From positions 64,170,001 to 64,234,000 of the forward strand of contig NC_043000.1 in assembly GCF_006345805.1 (NCBI RefSeq): a stretch of 64,000 nt of DNA. The letters are read 5' to 3'. Shown in pieces: positions 1-14,900 of the stretch. Every line of letters begins with the position of its first letter. The first letter of the stretch is position 1. Source of the stretch: Octopus sinensis. Lineage: Eukaryota. A program made the translations under genes and the position numbers. Under the pieces are notes generated by a model. The model was not told the DNA's origin and ran no database searches. It was given only the letters and a program-made list of their open reading frames with translations.

Positions 1-245
1 GTTGCTGTGTAGTCTGAGAATCAGCCTTGATCAAAGTATTCTCACAATGACCCTGCCATGTTTTTGTGGGGAAACTCTTAGGACTACATTTTAAGTGAAT
101 CCTTTCTTTTCAAAGGTGGTAGGGTGTGATCTGAGAAAGATTTAACTGCTGTTTCTGATAGTTTGAGCAACTACTTAGAGGCTCTCTCATAATCTCAATG
201 TTTAGCATGTTTGCTGGAGCTGTAGATTTGAATCTAAAGTTGTAA

Positions 246-246
<1 letters not shown>

Positions 247-315
<69 letters not shown>
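247..315. repeat. Compound (TC)n(TA)n microsatellite
   Basis: Direct reading. Confidence 0.97.
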
Positions 316-2057
316 ATAATTATTTGAGGGAATATAAATCCAAACTTAGAGGGGAAAAAAATTCAATTTAGAAATACTAAATCAAATTTCATACAATATA
401 ATATATATATATATATATATAAAATTAGGAAAAACCCCACCTTTTATCAATTCAAAAGGAACGATTAAATTACACCATCTAGAAAATTACATATAATAGA
501 AGTATTAAAATTAAAATAACGATAAAATATCAATGGTTAAGTAAATTGCAAAAAACATAATAAAAACGTATATAATTGGTAGAATATATATATATATTGA
601 GACAACAAAAAGCAGGAAAAACAACAAAAATCAAAGGACATACATAGTGAATGTATTAGGTCAACAGAGAAAGTTTAAGATGGAGAAAATAGCGGGTGTG
701 ATGTTTCAAGTATGGCTCTTTGTTGGATAGAGGTAAACGTCTGGAGAGAAGGGAAAAGAATAGTCTGAGAAGAGCATTGAATTTTATTTCTCTTTCTGTT
801 CAGCTTGTATATATGTTCTTGTTTATATTTTTATTGATATGGTCTTTTCATTCCCTGTAATGAGCAATGACTTTCAGTAGCGGGGATAAATTGCTATATA
901 AAATTAGCTCTTTAATTTCAAGTTTCATTAGGAGGTCTGTTAGTGCATTATACACCCTTTATTCCATATTATTATAATTATTCCATAATTATATTTTATG
1001 ATGATCAGAGGGATGGTTCCTGTTATTGCCCATAGATAAACATGGACAAAACTGTGAGCGTATAGTTAAGTAGTTTAGGTTTGTCATCAGCTATGTGTAT
1101 TAATTTTAAGCAAAGTATACTTTGTCTAACTTTTACTTGTTTCAGTCATTGGACTGCAGCCATGGGTTTAATTGAACAAATTGACCACAGTACTTTTAAA
1201 TCTGCCACTTATTCTATCAGTGAGACTGAACTCAAGACAGCATTCCTGTGTCTATATTATTATTTATTATTTTTAAAAATAGAGTACCTTGGGTTAATTT
1301 GAGTGGTTCTGAGACTAACAAAGATCAGTTCCCCCACCCCAAAAATTAGTAAAATTTTTGCCCCCAAGCTTTTTGTTAATGAGAAAACAAAATAATTTGC
1401 ATTCATATTATTCCTTTTTCATGATGGTTTTATTACTTTTATTAAATATTGCAATTTTTTCCTTACTTTTTTCAACCATCACTGCAACCCTCCCTATGAG
1501 AAACAATACCCCTCTTTCTCCTCCCCTACAAAAGATTGTAGCCCTTAGCCAGTCTTAGAAATTATTCTTATTGATGACATTGTAGTGTAGTGTGAAACCT
1601 TCATCAAATCAAGTTGATATCCATTCACAGCCTTATTCATTCACTCATTTGAGAAAACCATGTATCTCTCATAATCTCATTTCAACATTCTTATAAATAT
1701 GAGCCTTTATATCTGTGTAAGAAATTTTTGTGGCAATAGATTCCCTGTAAACCAAGTTTACAATCCAGTTTTAATATAGGAACAGCATAATGGTCACAAT
1801 TTCTTTCTCCTCTCCCTCCCCACCTGTCTAAACAGTTATTTCATTCTAGTATAAGAAAACATTTAAGTTATTGTGTTTTGCATTTCAGCTATAAAGTATC
1901 AGCCTTTTCCTTATCAGTCCGCTAGTAATCTATTAAACACAATAAAATTTAAACTTTAATGGTTTTATTAAAATATCAGACATACTTGTCTATTGAAGCC
2001 TGATCACATAATTGAGTTGACAGAAGCTAAAGTTTTGGGGTTTCTTTTTATCAACAG

Positions 2058-2124
2058 GATATAAAGACTATTACTCGAACGGAAACTAAATCTTTGGAGA
2101 AAAAAATATTAAAAGAAGTTGATG
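2058..2124 (+). CDS. PROM1: Prominin exon 1 in window ([22 protein letters not shown]), phase 0-1
   Basis: tttcttttttatcaacag|GAT...GATG|gtaaga; 67 nt, open; phase joins exon 2. Confidence 0.85.
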
Positions 2125-4778
2125 GTAAGAAACGTTTTTAATTTTTATATGACAACTACAAATGCTGAAGGTTTTGTTCATTTCATTAATAGCCAGACAT
2201 TAATAACTTATGTAGTGTTGGATTACATGTTACTTTAATCCTTTCATAATTTTTTCAAAATGTCTCCCATTTATGCTATCAAAATCAAGTTCCTATATCC
2301 TGGACTTCTGGCATTTCCTCATTATTTTACCATACACTTTACCATGTTTAATTTTAAAACATTTTTACTCTTTAAAGTAAATACTGGAGCATCAAATTAA
2401 GTGTCTAAAGTTTTGTACCCTTTGGGTATAAATTTCATGCTTATAGGAGGGCCAATAAAATAATTGCCAGCAAAGTACAAAGTTCACTTCAAAGGTAAGG
2501 TGTATCTGCTATTTTCTGCAGGTCAAACTACTACATAGAGGTTCTTATAGTCATCATCATCATCATCGTTTAACGTTCGCTTTCGATGGTGATGATGAAT
2601 ATAAGAACTTAGTTTGTTTAATGATCTAGTCATTTATATATGAGAGCACTGCTGAATATTTTGTCATCATGTAGTGTATCTGGTATAAGTAACCTTGGTA
2701 GAAATCATCCTTTTATCATCTTGTTTATATGAACTTGAAAGAGAAGTATCCATATTGAAAATGTCTTAGCTCACATATAGGGGAGCTAACTGACATATCT
2801 GTCTTAGTTTGATAACCATTAAGAAATTGCTGAAACGAGTTATCTTCAGACTAGATATCAGTCCTAGTGCTTCTAATGATCTGGACTCCAATAGAGATAA
2901 TCTGAGCCAAGTACTGTTGGTTAAACTGGCTGATGGATTAAATCTATGTATTTTAGTTATAGCCTGGTGAAATGATTGTGAAGTTCACTTTCACGATCAC
3001 TAAGTACTGGCATCTTGGGTAAGTGTCTTTTACCATTGCCTCAGATTCTCCCAAACTTTCTGAGTGAAATTGGACAGCCAGAAATTGTGTGGAAGACTGT
3101 TACATAGATTGTACATGTAATGAATTTGTCCAGCTTTGTCACATTGTGCCCTAGTAATTCCCCCTGAGAATTACATTAGCCCTTTAGCACTTTGATTACT
3201 CAGTCAAGCATAATGCTTATTTATTCACATTGTTTTTAATTAATTACGGATTTCTTCATAGCTTCAGAAAATTGGTGATGTGATAGTTTAATTTTAGAAT
3301 GACATTGTAGAGTAGGTGTGAGAGGCCAGACCTAGTCGATTTGAACATAAAATGGGTAGAATATTGGAGCTGGATATGGCCAGTTTAAATGCTAAATGGT
3401 TAGGAGTACACATGTCTATGAAATGTTCAGCCACTTAAATGCTAATTCATTGATTAGGTAGTTCACTTGATTAAACAATTGAAATGTTATTTGTTGAAAC
3501 CAACAGAAGTCTATTTATTTAACTTATATATTGTATATAGAATATATATATAATCTTGGTATAAAATTCAGAAAATGTTTTAAGTTGTCAGAGTAAGTCC
3601 AAAATTGCAATAATTTCATTACTAATGCCATCTTTGAAACACACCATAAGTTTTGTATAGCAAAAACTATATTTTAGTTATACAGCCTAACATTAAACAT
3701 GTTTTTTTATATAAATGTCAAAATTCTAGGGGAAAATATCCCGTCTGTGTCTGTATGAGAAAATGGTTGTAATGCAATAAAAGATATACAGGTTTGCTTC
3801 ATAGCCATGTGGTTTGGGGCTGTACCCCACTAGGGTACCTTAGACAAGTGTCATGTAGCCTCTATCTGGCTACATGACACTTGTAAGGGAAAATACTAGA
3901 TGGAAACTATGTGGAAACTTGTTATGTATATGCATAAATGTTTATAGTCTATGTGTCTATGCATGAAATCATTTGTGTGAATCCTCCACCCTCCTCAAAA
4001 ACAGTGTTGTTACATTTGCATCCCCTGTATACAATACATTCTGAGTTTCTGTGCCCTTTCAATTTAACTTGTGATGATTGGAATAAAAAAAACAGTTCAT
4101 TACTTGAAAAACAAGTGATGATTAGCAACAAGAAAGTGTCATCATTTAATGTCCACCCCTTGTGCTTGCAAGGGTTGGCTAGTTTGACAGGATAAGATTA
4201 GCTGCAGGGCTTCATTATGCTCCATATCTGCTTTGGCATGGTTTTCTCTTGCTGGATGCCCTTTCTAAATGCACTTTACTGGGTGCTTTGTGGCACTGGC
4301 ACTAGTGGGGTTGCCAACCAACTTGCAAGTCTGGAAAGAACAAGAAGAGAGGAAAAAACCCTCATGACTTAGTAAGGTCATTGATTATTTGAGAGGGTGA
4401 GGAGGTGATTTTATTCCAGGGACAAGCACAGGTATCTTGATGTGGAGAAGATACATGGTTACTCTGCTACTATGTGTGTAGGTGAGAGGATCTGGGAAGA
4501 AGGTAGGATGGTTGTTATGGGGTGCCAGAGCAAAACCCTTAAGCAAGAGCTCTGGCCATAAAATTTTCATCCAGCCCATTTTAACATGAAAAAAAAAAAC
4601 CTGTGTGAAAGAAACAATCATATTCAACCTTATTGAAAATCTCACTTGAGCTGCCTTTAACTCTTATTATTTCAGCTCACTGATTATTCAACACCTTGTT
4701 ATCTTCATATTTTGTCATAGTGATCATTCCACTATTTTAACTACTTATTCAATCTATTATTTATTGCTTCAGTGTTTT

Positions 4779-4820
<42 letters not shown>

Positions 4821-5937
4821 GAAAGAGAGAGAGGTGACACCTTTATAATTGTTAAAATTAATTTAAATCTGAAATTATACATTTAAATTATTTTTTAAAA
4901 TATGAATATCTAATATTTAGTAAACATACCTTTTGCATTTTTCAATATAAGGACCCTATTAAGCATACTACTAATCAGATTACAAATATTCTCTTGGGGA
5001 ATTTCTTGCCAAGTTTCATGTAGTAATCTCAAAAGATCTGGCTTTGAGGATGCTTTCTTGTTCTTTTTATGAAGTGACCTGGCCATTGAAACTTTTTAAT
5101 GCCATTCTCTTCTAACCAATATTGAGTCTTTTTCGTCATATGACAAGGAATCCTATCTTCCATAAATAAAGAGTCTTTTTTAATCATTTCACTGCTGGAA
5201 GAGTTTGGAAGGAATCCTTTCTTCAATATGGACACCTATTTATCTGAGTTTGTGTTTCCCTCACACTCCACCAGCTCTGATTGACCATTGCTCTAAATTG
5301 CTCCCCAGACCATCACAGAATATTTGTTGTGTTTCATCGATGGCTGTAACCTTTTCACATCAAATTCTTGATCACAGAGACTCCATACCCACTTTCAACC
5401 ACTGTCAGAAAATACAGCAAATCTGGACTCATCAGAGAATATGACAGTGTCCCAAAAAGCTTGTTGCCTCTCCACCACCTCACTGGCCCAATCTTTTCTC
5501 CACTTGATATTGGCTGGTCAAAGAAGTTACTTCATTCTTACTGCTCTGTCATAATAGCCAAGTTTATGGAGATACCTGACAACTGTTCTGGGACTGACAT
5601 CAATTTGTTCTGCTATGTCAGTGGCCTTGCAACGAGGATTATCCTCCAAGTAAAGGGTCTTGTCAGAGGGCTCCAGTCGACCTAGGTGAGGTGGACTCCT
5701 TCCCTTTTCTGATGAATTGCACAATCACCCTATTAACTGTAAAATGTGGGATCCCAAGGTTTTCTGCAATTTTATGCTATGTTCACCTTCAGTTCACCAC
5801 AATACAGCTTCTTTCAGATTTGGACAGTCCCAAGGCCTCTTTTCTATGTGGCATGATTAAACTCACATATAGAACCTGAAACATAAAAATGTTAGTTAAT
5901 AAAACAAACCTTTTCAAGTTAAAATAAACATAAAACG

Positions 5938-5979
<42 letters not shown>

Positions 5980-8900
5980 GCATAATTGTCCTTATTATTT
6001 ATCTCTAGATCAGGCTCAGTTGAGTGCACTTAAGATTAATGGTATTTCAGCTGGGACCAATCTGGCTTTTTGTATGTCCAAGACTACATTGGGAAAGGTT
6101 TTAGATATACATATTTTCTGTTTCTCAAGATGGTAGGGTATGATTGGCGAAGATTTGGTTGCTACTTTTAGCAAATCAAACGCCTGTGTAGTGGCTCCCA
6201 GATATCTACCTAGTATTTCATGCTATACAAAGTAGTCTCCCTTAGTTATTCTTCGTAGCATCTAAGCCAATAATACTCTGTTCTTTAGTACTGGAAACAA
6301 TATTTCGTATTTCACTAATGTTACAGTTAACTTTTCAAAATTATTTTCTTATGTAATTGCTTTTCTCTAGTAAGTTTGGTTTTGCATGTCTAAAACCTGT
6401 CTTGATGATTTTATAAAAATGTTTTTTTATGTAGTCCAGAGACAAATGAAAAGTTATACAAATTTTTAGTACTTAAATATAAATTGAAAGTACATCAAAA
6501 TACAATTTAGAATAAATGGTATTGAGAAATGAAAACATTTTATATTCATTCATTTATTTAACAGGACCCTACTTAAACTTTATCTTTTTCATTATCAGAT
6601 GCTGGTAACCGTACTTTAGAATTGCTTGATAAGAGTGTTAATGCTACTTCATTACTGAATAAAGTAGAAGTGTTTGGAGAAGGTAAGTGCTTGCCATGTT
6701 ACTAGATATTTTTGAGATAACACAGTAACCATACTTACTTCCATGTACTCATTTCTGCTGTTGAGTAGCTGGAAGATAAATTTTGCAATTATCTTTTATT
6801 GTTTATCTTACATTTGTTTTGGTCATTGGACTGTGGCCATGCTGTGGCACTGCCTTGAAGGGCTTTAGTCAAATGAATCATTCCCAGAATTTTATTTCTC
6901 TTTTTTTTTAAGCCTGGTACTTATTCTATCATCTGTTTCACCAAACTGCTAAGTTACATGAACACAAACAAACCAGCACCAGTTGTCAAGCAGTGGTAGA
7001 GTATAAACACATATACACACATGCACATTCACAAAACCGGGCTTCTTTCAGTTTCCATCTACCAGATCCATTTAGAAGGCTTTGGATGGCCAGGGGCTAT
7101 AGCAGAAGACACTTGCCTAAGATTCCATGCAGTGGGATTGAGCCTGGAATTATCTGGTTGAGAAGCAGACTTCTTACCACACATCCATGACCTGTGTCTG
7201 TAATTAAGATAAATAACATATAGATAAACACATATAAACACAATTTAGTTTTCTGTGAAGCTGTTTTGAATTATAACCAATCTATGACACTAGATTATAG
7301 CACAGTAACTCATTCACATTAAAATTTTAATATGTCTACATCTACTCTAAGCAGTGAACTAGCAGAATCATTAGCACACTTGATAAAATGATCAGCAGTA
7401 TTTTGCTTGTCTTTACATTCTGAGTTCAACTTTGCCTTTCATCCTTTTAGGGTCAATAAGTACCAGTTGAGCCCTGGGGTTGATGTAATCAACTTACCTT
7501 CTCCCCCGAAATTGCTAACATTGTGCCAAAATTTGAAACCAAAATGTCTGCATCTGCTGATTTAAGTTTATGTGAAGGGTTGTGCTTCCTGGAATTCATA
7601 GCACTGTGTAACATGATTTTTGTTCTTGGGTAGCAACTGTTATTTTTTTATTTGCTTACCTCTTCAAAGTATGAAAAATGGCTAATATTTCCTTCAAACT
7701 TTGATCTTGTTACTTTTATTCAAATTCCAAAGAATCCCTCTCAACACATGGCTATGATGTTCCTCTACTATTCCTGCTCATGATCAGAGACACTCACATT
7801 GTCAGCCACTAAGGGCCATGCTCAAGTGGTTCAGGTGAAGCAATTGACAAGCAAATTTGTGGTATTGAGCAGAATATTTGCTATAACAATATTTCTACTT
7901 CAGCAACTCTGTGCTGAATCTGTCTGAAATGTAATGGATTTCAGATCACTAAAGCAAAGTTTGAAGGGAATAGTAGTTATTTCCTTTGATTTTTAGGTAG
8001 ATGCAAATAGGGTGGGGATTAACATTTACTGACCAAAGAAAAATAAAAATTTTGTTACACATTGTAGTTCATAGTGTTTTCAACAAAAACAAGAGAGGAT
8101 ATGATGCCTGTGCTAATTGTGTTTATTAATTTTAATGATTATAACTGTTGAGGTATTAACCCCATCTTTAGAAATGAAGTTTCATTTTTGGATTTGTATG
8201 TGCACATTTTGATCAAGTGTCTTATTCCTGTGTATGTACATTAAAGCAGACTTGATTCAAACTTGGAATGTTTATTTCTAAAATCAAGATTATAACACCA
8301 TTACTTTCTACAAGTGATTGCAATACCATGCTAGGAATCTGTCCCCCTTTAACTTCAATATGTGTCCTACTTTCTACAAAAGCCCTTAATTCCTGCTGTC
8401 AGTATTGAGAAAAGTACTAAGTAACTGCATTGGGAAACACAGCAACTGCTGTTCTCTGCTGCAGCAGCCTGATCAATCGACTAGAAGTAGTTGTTGAACA
8501 ATTTTAGCAGGAATTATTTAGCACAATCAGTGTATTCAGGCACATGATCATCTCTTAACTGTTGAGGATTTTAAAGCTTAGTCAGGGCCTACAGATTCAC
8601 TCTCTTTGCTTTTACCAAAAACACCAAAGCTATTCTTACCCCTGATTCATTAACACAAATGGTAGTTTCTCAAGTGTGAGAAAGAAGTTCTGCAATTTCT
8701 TATAAACAACCTACATAGATGATGTGTTTATAGTGATCATATGTTTGCATTGCACATTAACTCACTCTCTCCATCAAATCAACATTGCCTGACAGGTGCA
8801 TGATGTGCCATACGTCAGATGTTGAAGTGATCGCACAGCAATATGAGATGAAAACTTTTTGCTCAAGAACACAAGCACTGCCTGGTCTGGGAATTAAACC

Positions 8901-11900
8901 CAGGATTTTATGATCATGAATGCAACACCTCAACCAATAGGTTATGTGTTGTCATTACTAACACATATAGTTTAGCAATAAAGGTTTCCAGCTTGAAACA
9001 AGTCTGATATTTGTATTTTTATATGTTGTTTAGCCAGGAGAGGAAGAGTAGTACCTATGACCTTTTTTAGATTCAAGACTTGCAAAAGAAAGTTAGCTTC
9101 AGACTAAAGATTTAATTTGAAAGTTTGCAACAGAGTGGACTCTGCAAAAAGCATCTGAGTTGGTTGTATTAAACAGGGTTATAGATTTAAGTCTGCCAAC
9201 CAAAAATAGAACCGGTCCATCCAATAGGAGCTTTTACAGTTTCCATCTATCAAATTTCACTCATGGCTTTGGTTGACCCAGGAGGATTATATTAGAAGAC
9301 ACTAACCCATGGTGCCACACAGTAAAATTGAATTTGAAACCATGTAGTTACCAAGTAGAACTTCTTGACCTTTATCAGGAATGGGACACTTGTTGACAAT
9401 CAACAATCAAACTGATTAAAATATAGTGTAGATGTAAATATTTAGAAATATGTTTCATCATAATTAAAATGAGGTTAATAATTTGAAAAATTATAATCTT
9501 ATTATCTCCTCTTAGATTTTTGGGTAAAGATAAAATCTTTTGTTAGAATCACATTAAAGAGGAAAACTCTTCCTATTATGAAAGTTTGATAGAATAAATG
9601 TCTGTCTAAATATTAAACTGTTATCGTATTGATTAATTCTCCTATTTAATTTTTAATGTGCTTGAGAAGACAGGTCAAGCTTAATGAAATTGTAATCATT
9701 GCCAGTGCCGGTGACCTGTACTGGTGACACATAAAAAGCACCCAGTACATTCTGGGGAATGGTTGGCATTAGGAAGGACATCTAGCCATAGAAACTATGC
9801 TAAAACAGACTGGAACCAAGCTTACCAGTTATAGTGAAACCATCTAACCCATGCCAGCATGGAAAACAGACAGTAAATGATGATGATTAGAGTATCTGGT
9901 GAGCCAGATACTTTCAATAAATTCTTGATAAAATAGGAATCACAAAAAGAATTTACTTTTGCCTTTATCATTTACAAATTGGTTAGAATTCTGATACTCT
10001 ATGGCATATTGTATTGTTTAAGATTAATTTGTGTTATTTTTTTCAGAAATAAAAGACCTAAGAAACTCAGTGAGCAATCTGAGCCACTCACTGAATAATT
10101 TAACTGTGCTTGGCCAAACACTAGAATCTAATTTGACTAATATAAAACAACAAATTCAACTGCAAAATTGCACCAATTGTAATGAAATCAAAAATTATGT
10201 TAAAAACACGGAAGTGGTTGCAAATTTTAGCAAGGTAAGATTTTGAAACTCCTAATTACATTTTAATTGTTCATGGTTCTAGATGATTGATCACCATTTT
10301 ATAACTTTTACATCATTGAAACAATGCTGGACCACTACGTAGTCATTTGACCTGCTGGGAAGAGTTGCAAAATCTCTCATACCATACACCTAACTATCTT
10401 AAAAAAAAGGGAACTACACATTGGATAATATAGTTCTTGATTCTCTCTGTCTAAAAAGTAGACAGGATGATCACAGCTGAAATGCCTTTGATCAGATATT
10501 TGCTCAATCAGGGCTTGTTTTGGCTAAACAGTAATTTTTTCCCCCTATCATGTGTCAATGTCATATTTTCAACAGATTTTTGTTCAACATTTAATGTAGG
10601 AAATCGATGTGTATTGTAATTTATATGAGGAGCTTCTAAAATATTTTATGCACTTGTCTCCACGCCAACCGCTATGGAGTTTGAAAATCTTGGATAGCTT
10701 ATTTTTAGAGCATGTGTGTTTCCTGTCACTATCCAAATGTATAGGTTTGGTGCTATTTAAAGATGGTGCCCTTACCTAGTGTAACTATATGACAGTATAG
10801 CAAGATTTGAACTTAGAATCTTGCTATTAATACTCCACTGCATTAACCTGCCTTTGAAAATAATCTTGGAAAAGCAAGATCTTTGCTTATTGAGCCATCT
10901 TTATCAATATCACCAACATAGTCAATATCAAACCAATGTGGAACCTCTGTATGGATTTATCGTCTGCTAGAAATAGCAGCCAAATCTTCCCCAAATCATA
11001 CTCTGGCAGTTGCAAAAATAGAAGACGCAGTTGGATAATATACTCTTATACATTATTTAAAAAAGGAAAGATGGGCAAGGCTGGAACATCTTCATCATAG
11101 GTCTGTCTGTTCAGTTAGGATTGACCTAGGCTAAACAACATGTCTCTTTGAAATTAAAATGTAGATATAATTGTTTTCTTGTTTACTAATATCTTTTCCC
11201 CCACTTCGTTAAAAATTAATTATAACCACCATCTTCCACTTTTTTTCAGCTGGATTCCCAAAAAGCAATGTTGACAAAATTAGACAAAGCCTTGAATATT
11301 TCCCATCTTGCTGTTGAAGTAAGTTATATGTATTTCAAATTTATATTTCTGATTTTCTAATGGATGCGGACTTGGTTGTTTGGATGTTTGGTTTAGAAGT
11401 TTGCTTCTCAATCATCTGGATGCAGATTTGATCCTCAGGCAAAGGTCTTCTACCCATAGTCTTGGGTTCGCTTATCACTGTTCTATGAATGGGATTTAGT
11501 AGAAAGAATTTGCACTAGTATGACGTGTGTGTTTGTCATTCACCAATATATGTCAGCAAAGGATGTTTACACCTGTGAGAAAAATGATAAACTGGGCTTT
11601 CACACCATATAAAATACCTTTTTGCCTTAGTTCTCCCTAGTTTGCTCAGACTATCTTCTCATTCTTGCTATTGGAAATGCAATAAATCAACAATGTTTGG
11701 TTCATTGGAAACCTGTACTTAACAATGCAATATAGCAGTAATATTTATATGAATATCAATTAATATTAATGTTTTCATCCTCTTAATTCCATTTAAAACT
11801 TGTAAACTACTATGATCTTCGAAGACATCCATTTCAGAAAAGTTAGTTCTCTTATAAAAACTGGTGTTTGTAGACTTACATAATTATGAATTTATATTTT

Positions 11901-14900
11901 GGCCCATCAGGAATCACGGCTGAGATGCTTAAAATATCTGGTGGTGTGGGTTATGGTCTAGTCACCAGTATTGTAAACCAGGTAGTTCATGAAGGAGTCA
12001 TACCCAACGACTGGCATAGCAGCACCATAGTCAACTGCTACAAAGTCAAATAAATCAAAATCAACTCAAATCACAGCCAAATGGAAATTGTAGTTGTGTC
12101 CGTTACTAGTACTGGTGGCATGCAATAAGCACCATTTATGCATGGGTCATTGCCAGTGCTGCCTGACTGGCTCCCTGTGCCAATGGCACTTAAAAAGCAC
12201 CGTCCGAACATGGTTGATGCCAACCCCCCATCCCGACTGGCTCCTGTGCCGGTAGCATGGAAAAAGCACCGTCTGAATGTGGCCAATCCCATTGCTGCCT
12301 AACTGGTTCCCATGCCTGTGGCACATAAAAAGCACTCACTACACTCTGAGTAATTGGGTTTAGGAAGGGCATCCAGCTGTAGAAACATTGCCAAATCAGA
12401 TTGGAACCTGGTGTGGTCTCCATGGCTTGCTAGTACCCAGTCAAACCGTCAAACCCATGCCAGCATGGAAAACAGATGTTAAATGATGATGATGATAGTG
12501 ATGACTAAAATGCTTTTACCTATAAGTCTGCTATTTTTATTGAGTGCTTTATAAAGAAACTGGTTTAACTCAATTTTGCATGGTTATTTTTCTGTAAATA
12601 TATCAACTCTTGCTTTGTGTTTAGCAAATGCAGAGGTATGAGTGCAATATCAATTTTCATTCATTATCACTTATCTTCTTTATCCATTTTCTAATCAAAT
12701 GGACATCAAATTTTTGCTCAGGGAGCTTCTATGTATTTGCTTAACTTGCAAGAAATAGTAGCCAAATCTCTCAAATCACACTTTGCTGTCTTACAAAATT
12801 GTGTTGGATATGTGGTTCTGAATTTAGAATGCTCTGGGACAAAATATGATGGTCCAAAGCTGGACATTATCAGTTTGTTTGATGAGAGCTTAACAACAAT
12901 AATAAGTACTAATCACTGCCTTAAATCTTTTGTATGCAATTTCTCTCTGAAATTTCCACTATATTTGAAAACTTTATTCATGCTTTTCTCAGAATTGCTT
13001 GTATTTCACTGCAATGTAACTTCACCTGTGTTTTTTTATCATACAATTTATCTATTGTGAGTCAAAGTTTGCTTTCTTTGTCCCTTGATATACTATGCAA
13101 ATCATATTGGCTCCAATCTCAGCACTAATTCTGTCACTTAAATAACACTATAACTACTTCCTGTAGATTATTGTCAGTTTATGGTCTCAAGTTTTTAAAT
13201 ACACAATACGAATTGTGTTTGTAAAGTAACACATTTGAAATATTGTATCTTTGTTGATCTACTTTTTATCCTGCTTACACCTCCTACACAACAGTCAGTT
13301 TTTTTTCACTTAACCTACTGTAGCCTAAATAATAATCTGTTTTAAACCTCTTATCTACTACAGCCTTAGAAATAATCTGTGGTTACCTACTTCATTCCTA
13401 TATATTACTCAAGGCTAGACAGTGTGGCAAGAGGTTTGCTTCCCAACCACATGGTTCTGAGCTCAGTCCCATTATGTGGCACCTTGAGTAAGTGTCTTCT
13501 GCTATAGCCCTGAGTTGACCAAAGCCTGTGAGTGGATTTGGTAGGTAGAAACTGAAAGAAGCATGTTATATATGCAGACATATGTATATATATATATATG
13601 TATCTGTGAGTGTATGTCTTTGTGATTGTCTCACCACCACAACTTGACTTGTTTATGTCCCTGTAACTTAGTAGTTTGGCAACAGAGACTGATAGAATAA
13701 GTCCCAGGCTTTAAAATTTATAGGTTTGTTGTAGTAAGACAGACTTGAAGGCATAAAGCACAGTCACCAGAAACAAGGAGCTAATCATTTTCAGACCTCT
13801 AAAGCTTGGAATAGGAAACATTTTAAACTTCTGCTGGGCTGGTTTTGCTGTAAGAACCTTATTGCTTAGAAAGGAGGTTCTTTCAGTACTTGGTCTTGAA
13901 TGTCATTATTTTCACTTCAAAAGTGGAGGCGACACAAAGTGAAAGCAAATTACCTTTATTGTAAATACTTGACACCCACACAACCTTAAATTATCTACTG
14001 GATTGATTACTAATCTTGAACCTATTTTTAATCCTTTAATTTATGACCTGAACAGCTCTCTCACATGCAACTAGGCCATAACCTATCTTTTCTCTCAATA
14101 CAGCTTTTGTTAGATCCCTTTTTACTAAAGAATTGTAGGACTTTTTCTCTAGCATTGCTAGAGTTTTTAATTCATTTACTTATTTACTTTTTTTTTTGTT
14201 CAATAATTTTGGCCAATTTGGTTTGTTAAGGGTATTTATACAACAAATACACAACTTAAAATTTATAATAATAATAATGAAATTATTGTATACAGTGCTC
14301 AGGTGCACCACAACTTGTCAGAAAGTGCATATAAAGTACATGCAGTAATGTAGAAATGTCTGGAAAGTGAACATGCTTGTGTGTGTATGGAGGGGAGAAA
14401 ATCAAGTGTAGTGTTGGCGAATCTCGGGAAGTCTTGAAGGATGCAGTGCTCCGACAACTAACAACCGATGCCGGCAGTTTGTTCCACACTTCAGCAACTC
14501 TCAGCGTGAAAAAATGTTTCCTGAAGTCATGGGAGCTGTAGAAGAAAAAAAGTCATAAGCTCTGAAATAAAGAAGATTTCACCCCTTAGGTTCTTGTATG
14601 TTGATAGTTTAGTTGTTAGCTATAGAGGAAAATATTTAGTTATTTAACAAAATCCTTCACCTTGATATCAAAGAAAAAGTTGTATTATGGTAAAAGATAG
14701 TTATAAACTACAGAGTGACCACGAAGTCGAGATGAATGAATGAGCTCAAATTGCATCGTGTTCATAGAAATCTCACAAAGTACATCACTGATGGTAGAAA
14801 ACATGTTGAAAATGTTATTCATTAATTTGACTTAGTGGTTCTCAATTGGGATCCATATGGCCCTTGGGGTTCCATATAAGATTTTGTTGTTAAAATTTAT

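Noticed and set aside
600-1100. Possible Penelope/GIY-YIG remnant on the minus strand
   Set aside because: I could not recover a convincing GIY-YIG or RT motif.
2471-2494. Possible 24-nt phase 1-1 microexon (AKYKVHFK) with an AAG|gtaagg donor
   Set aside because: No pyrimidine tract before the AG, and no homology need between exons 1 and 2.
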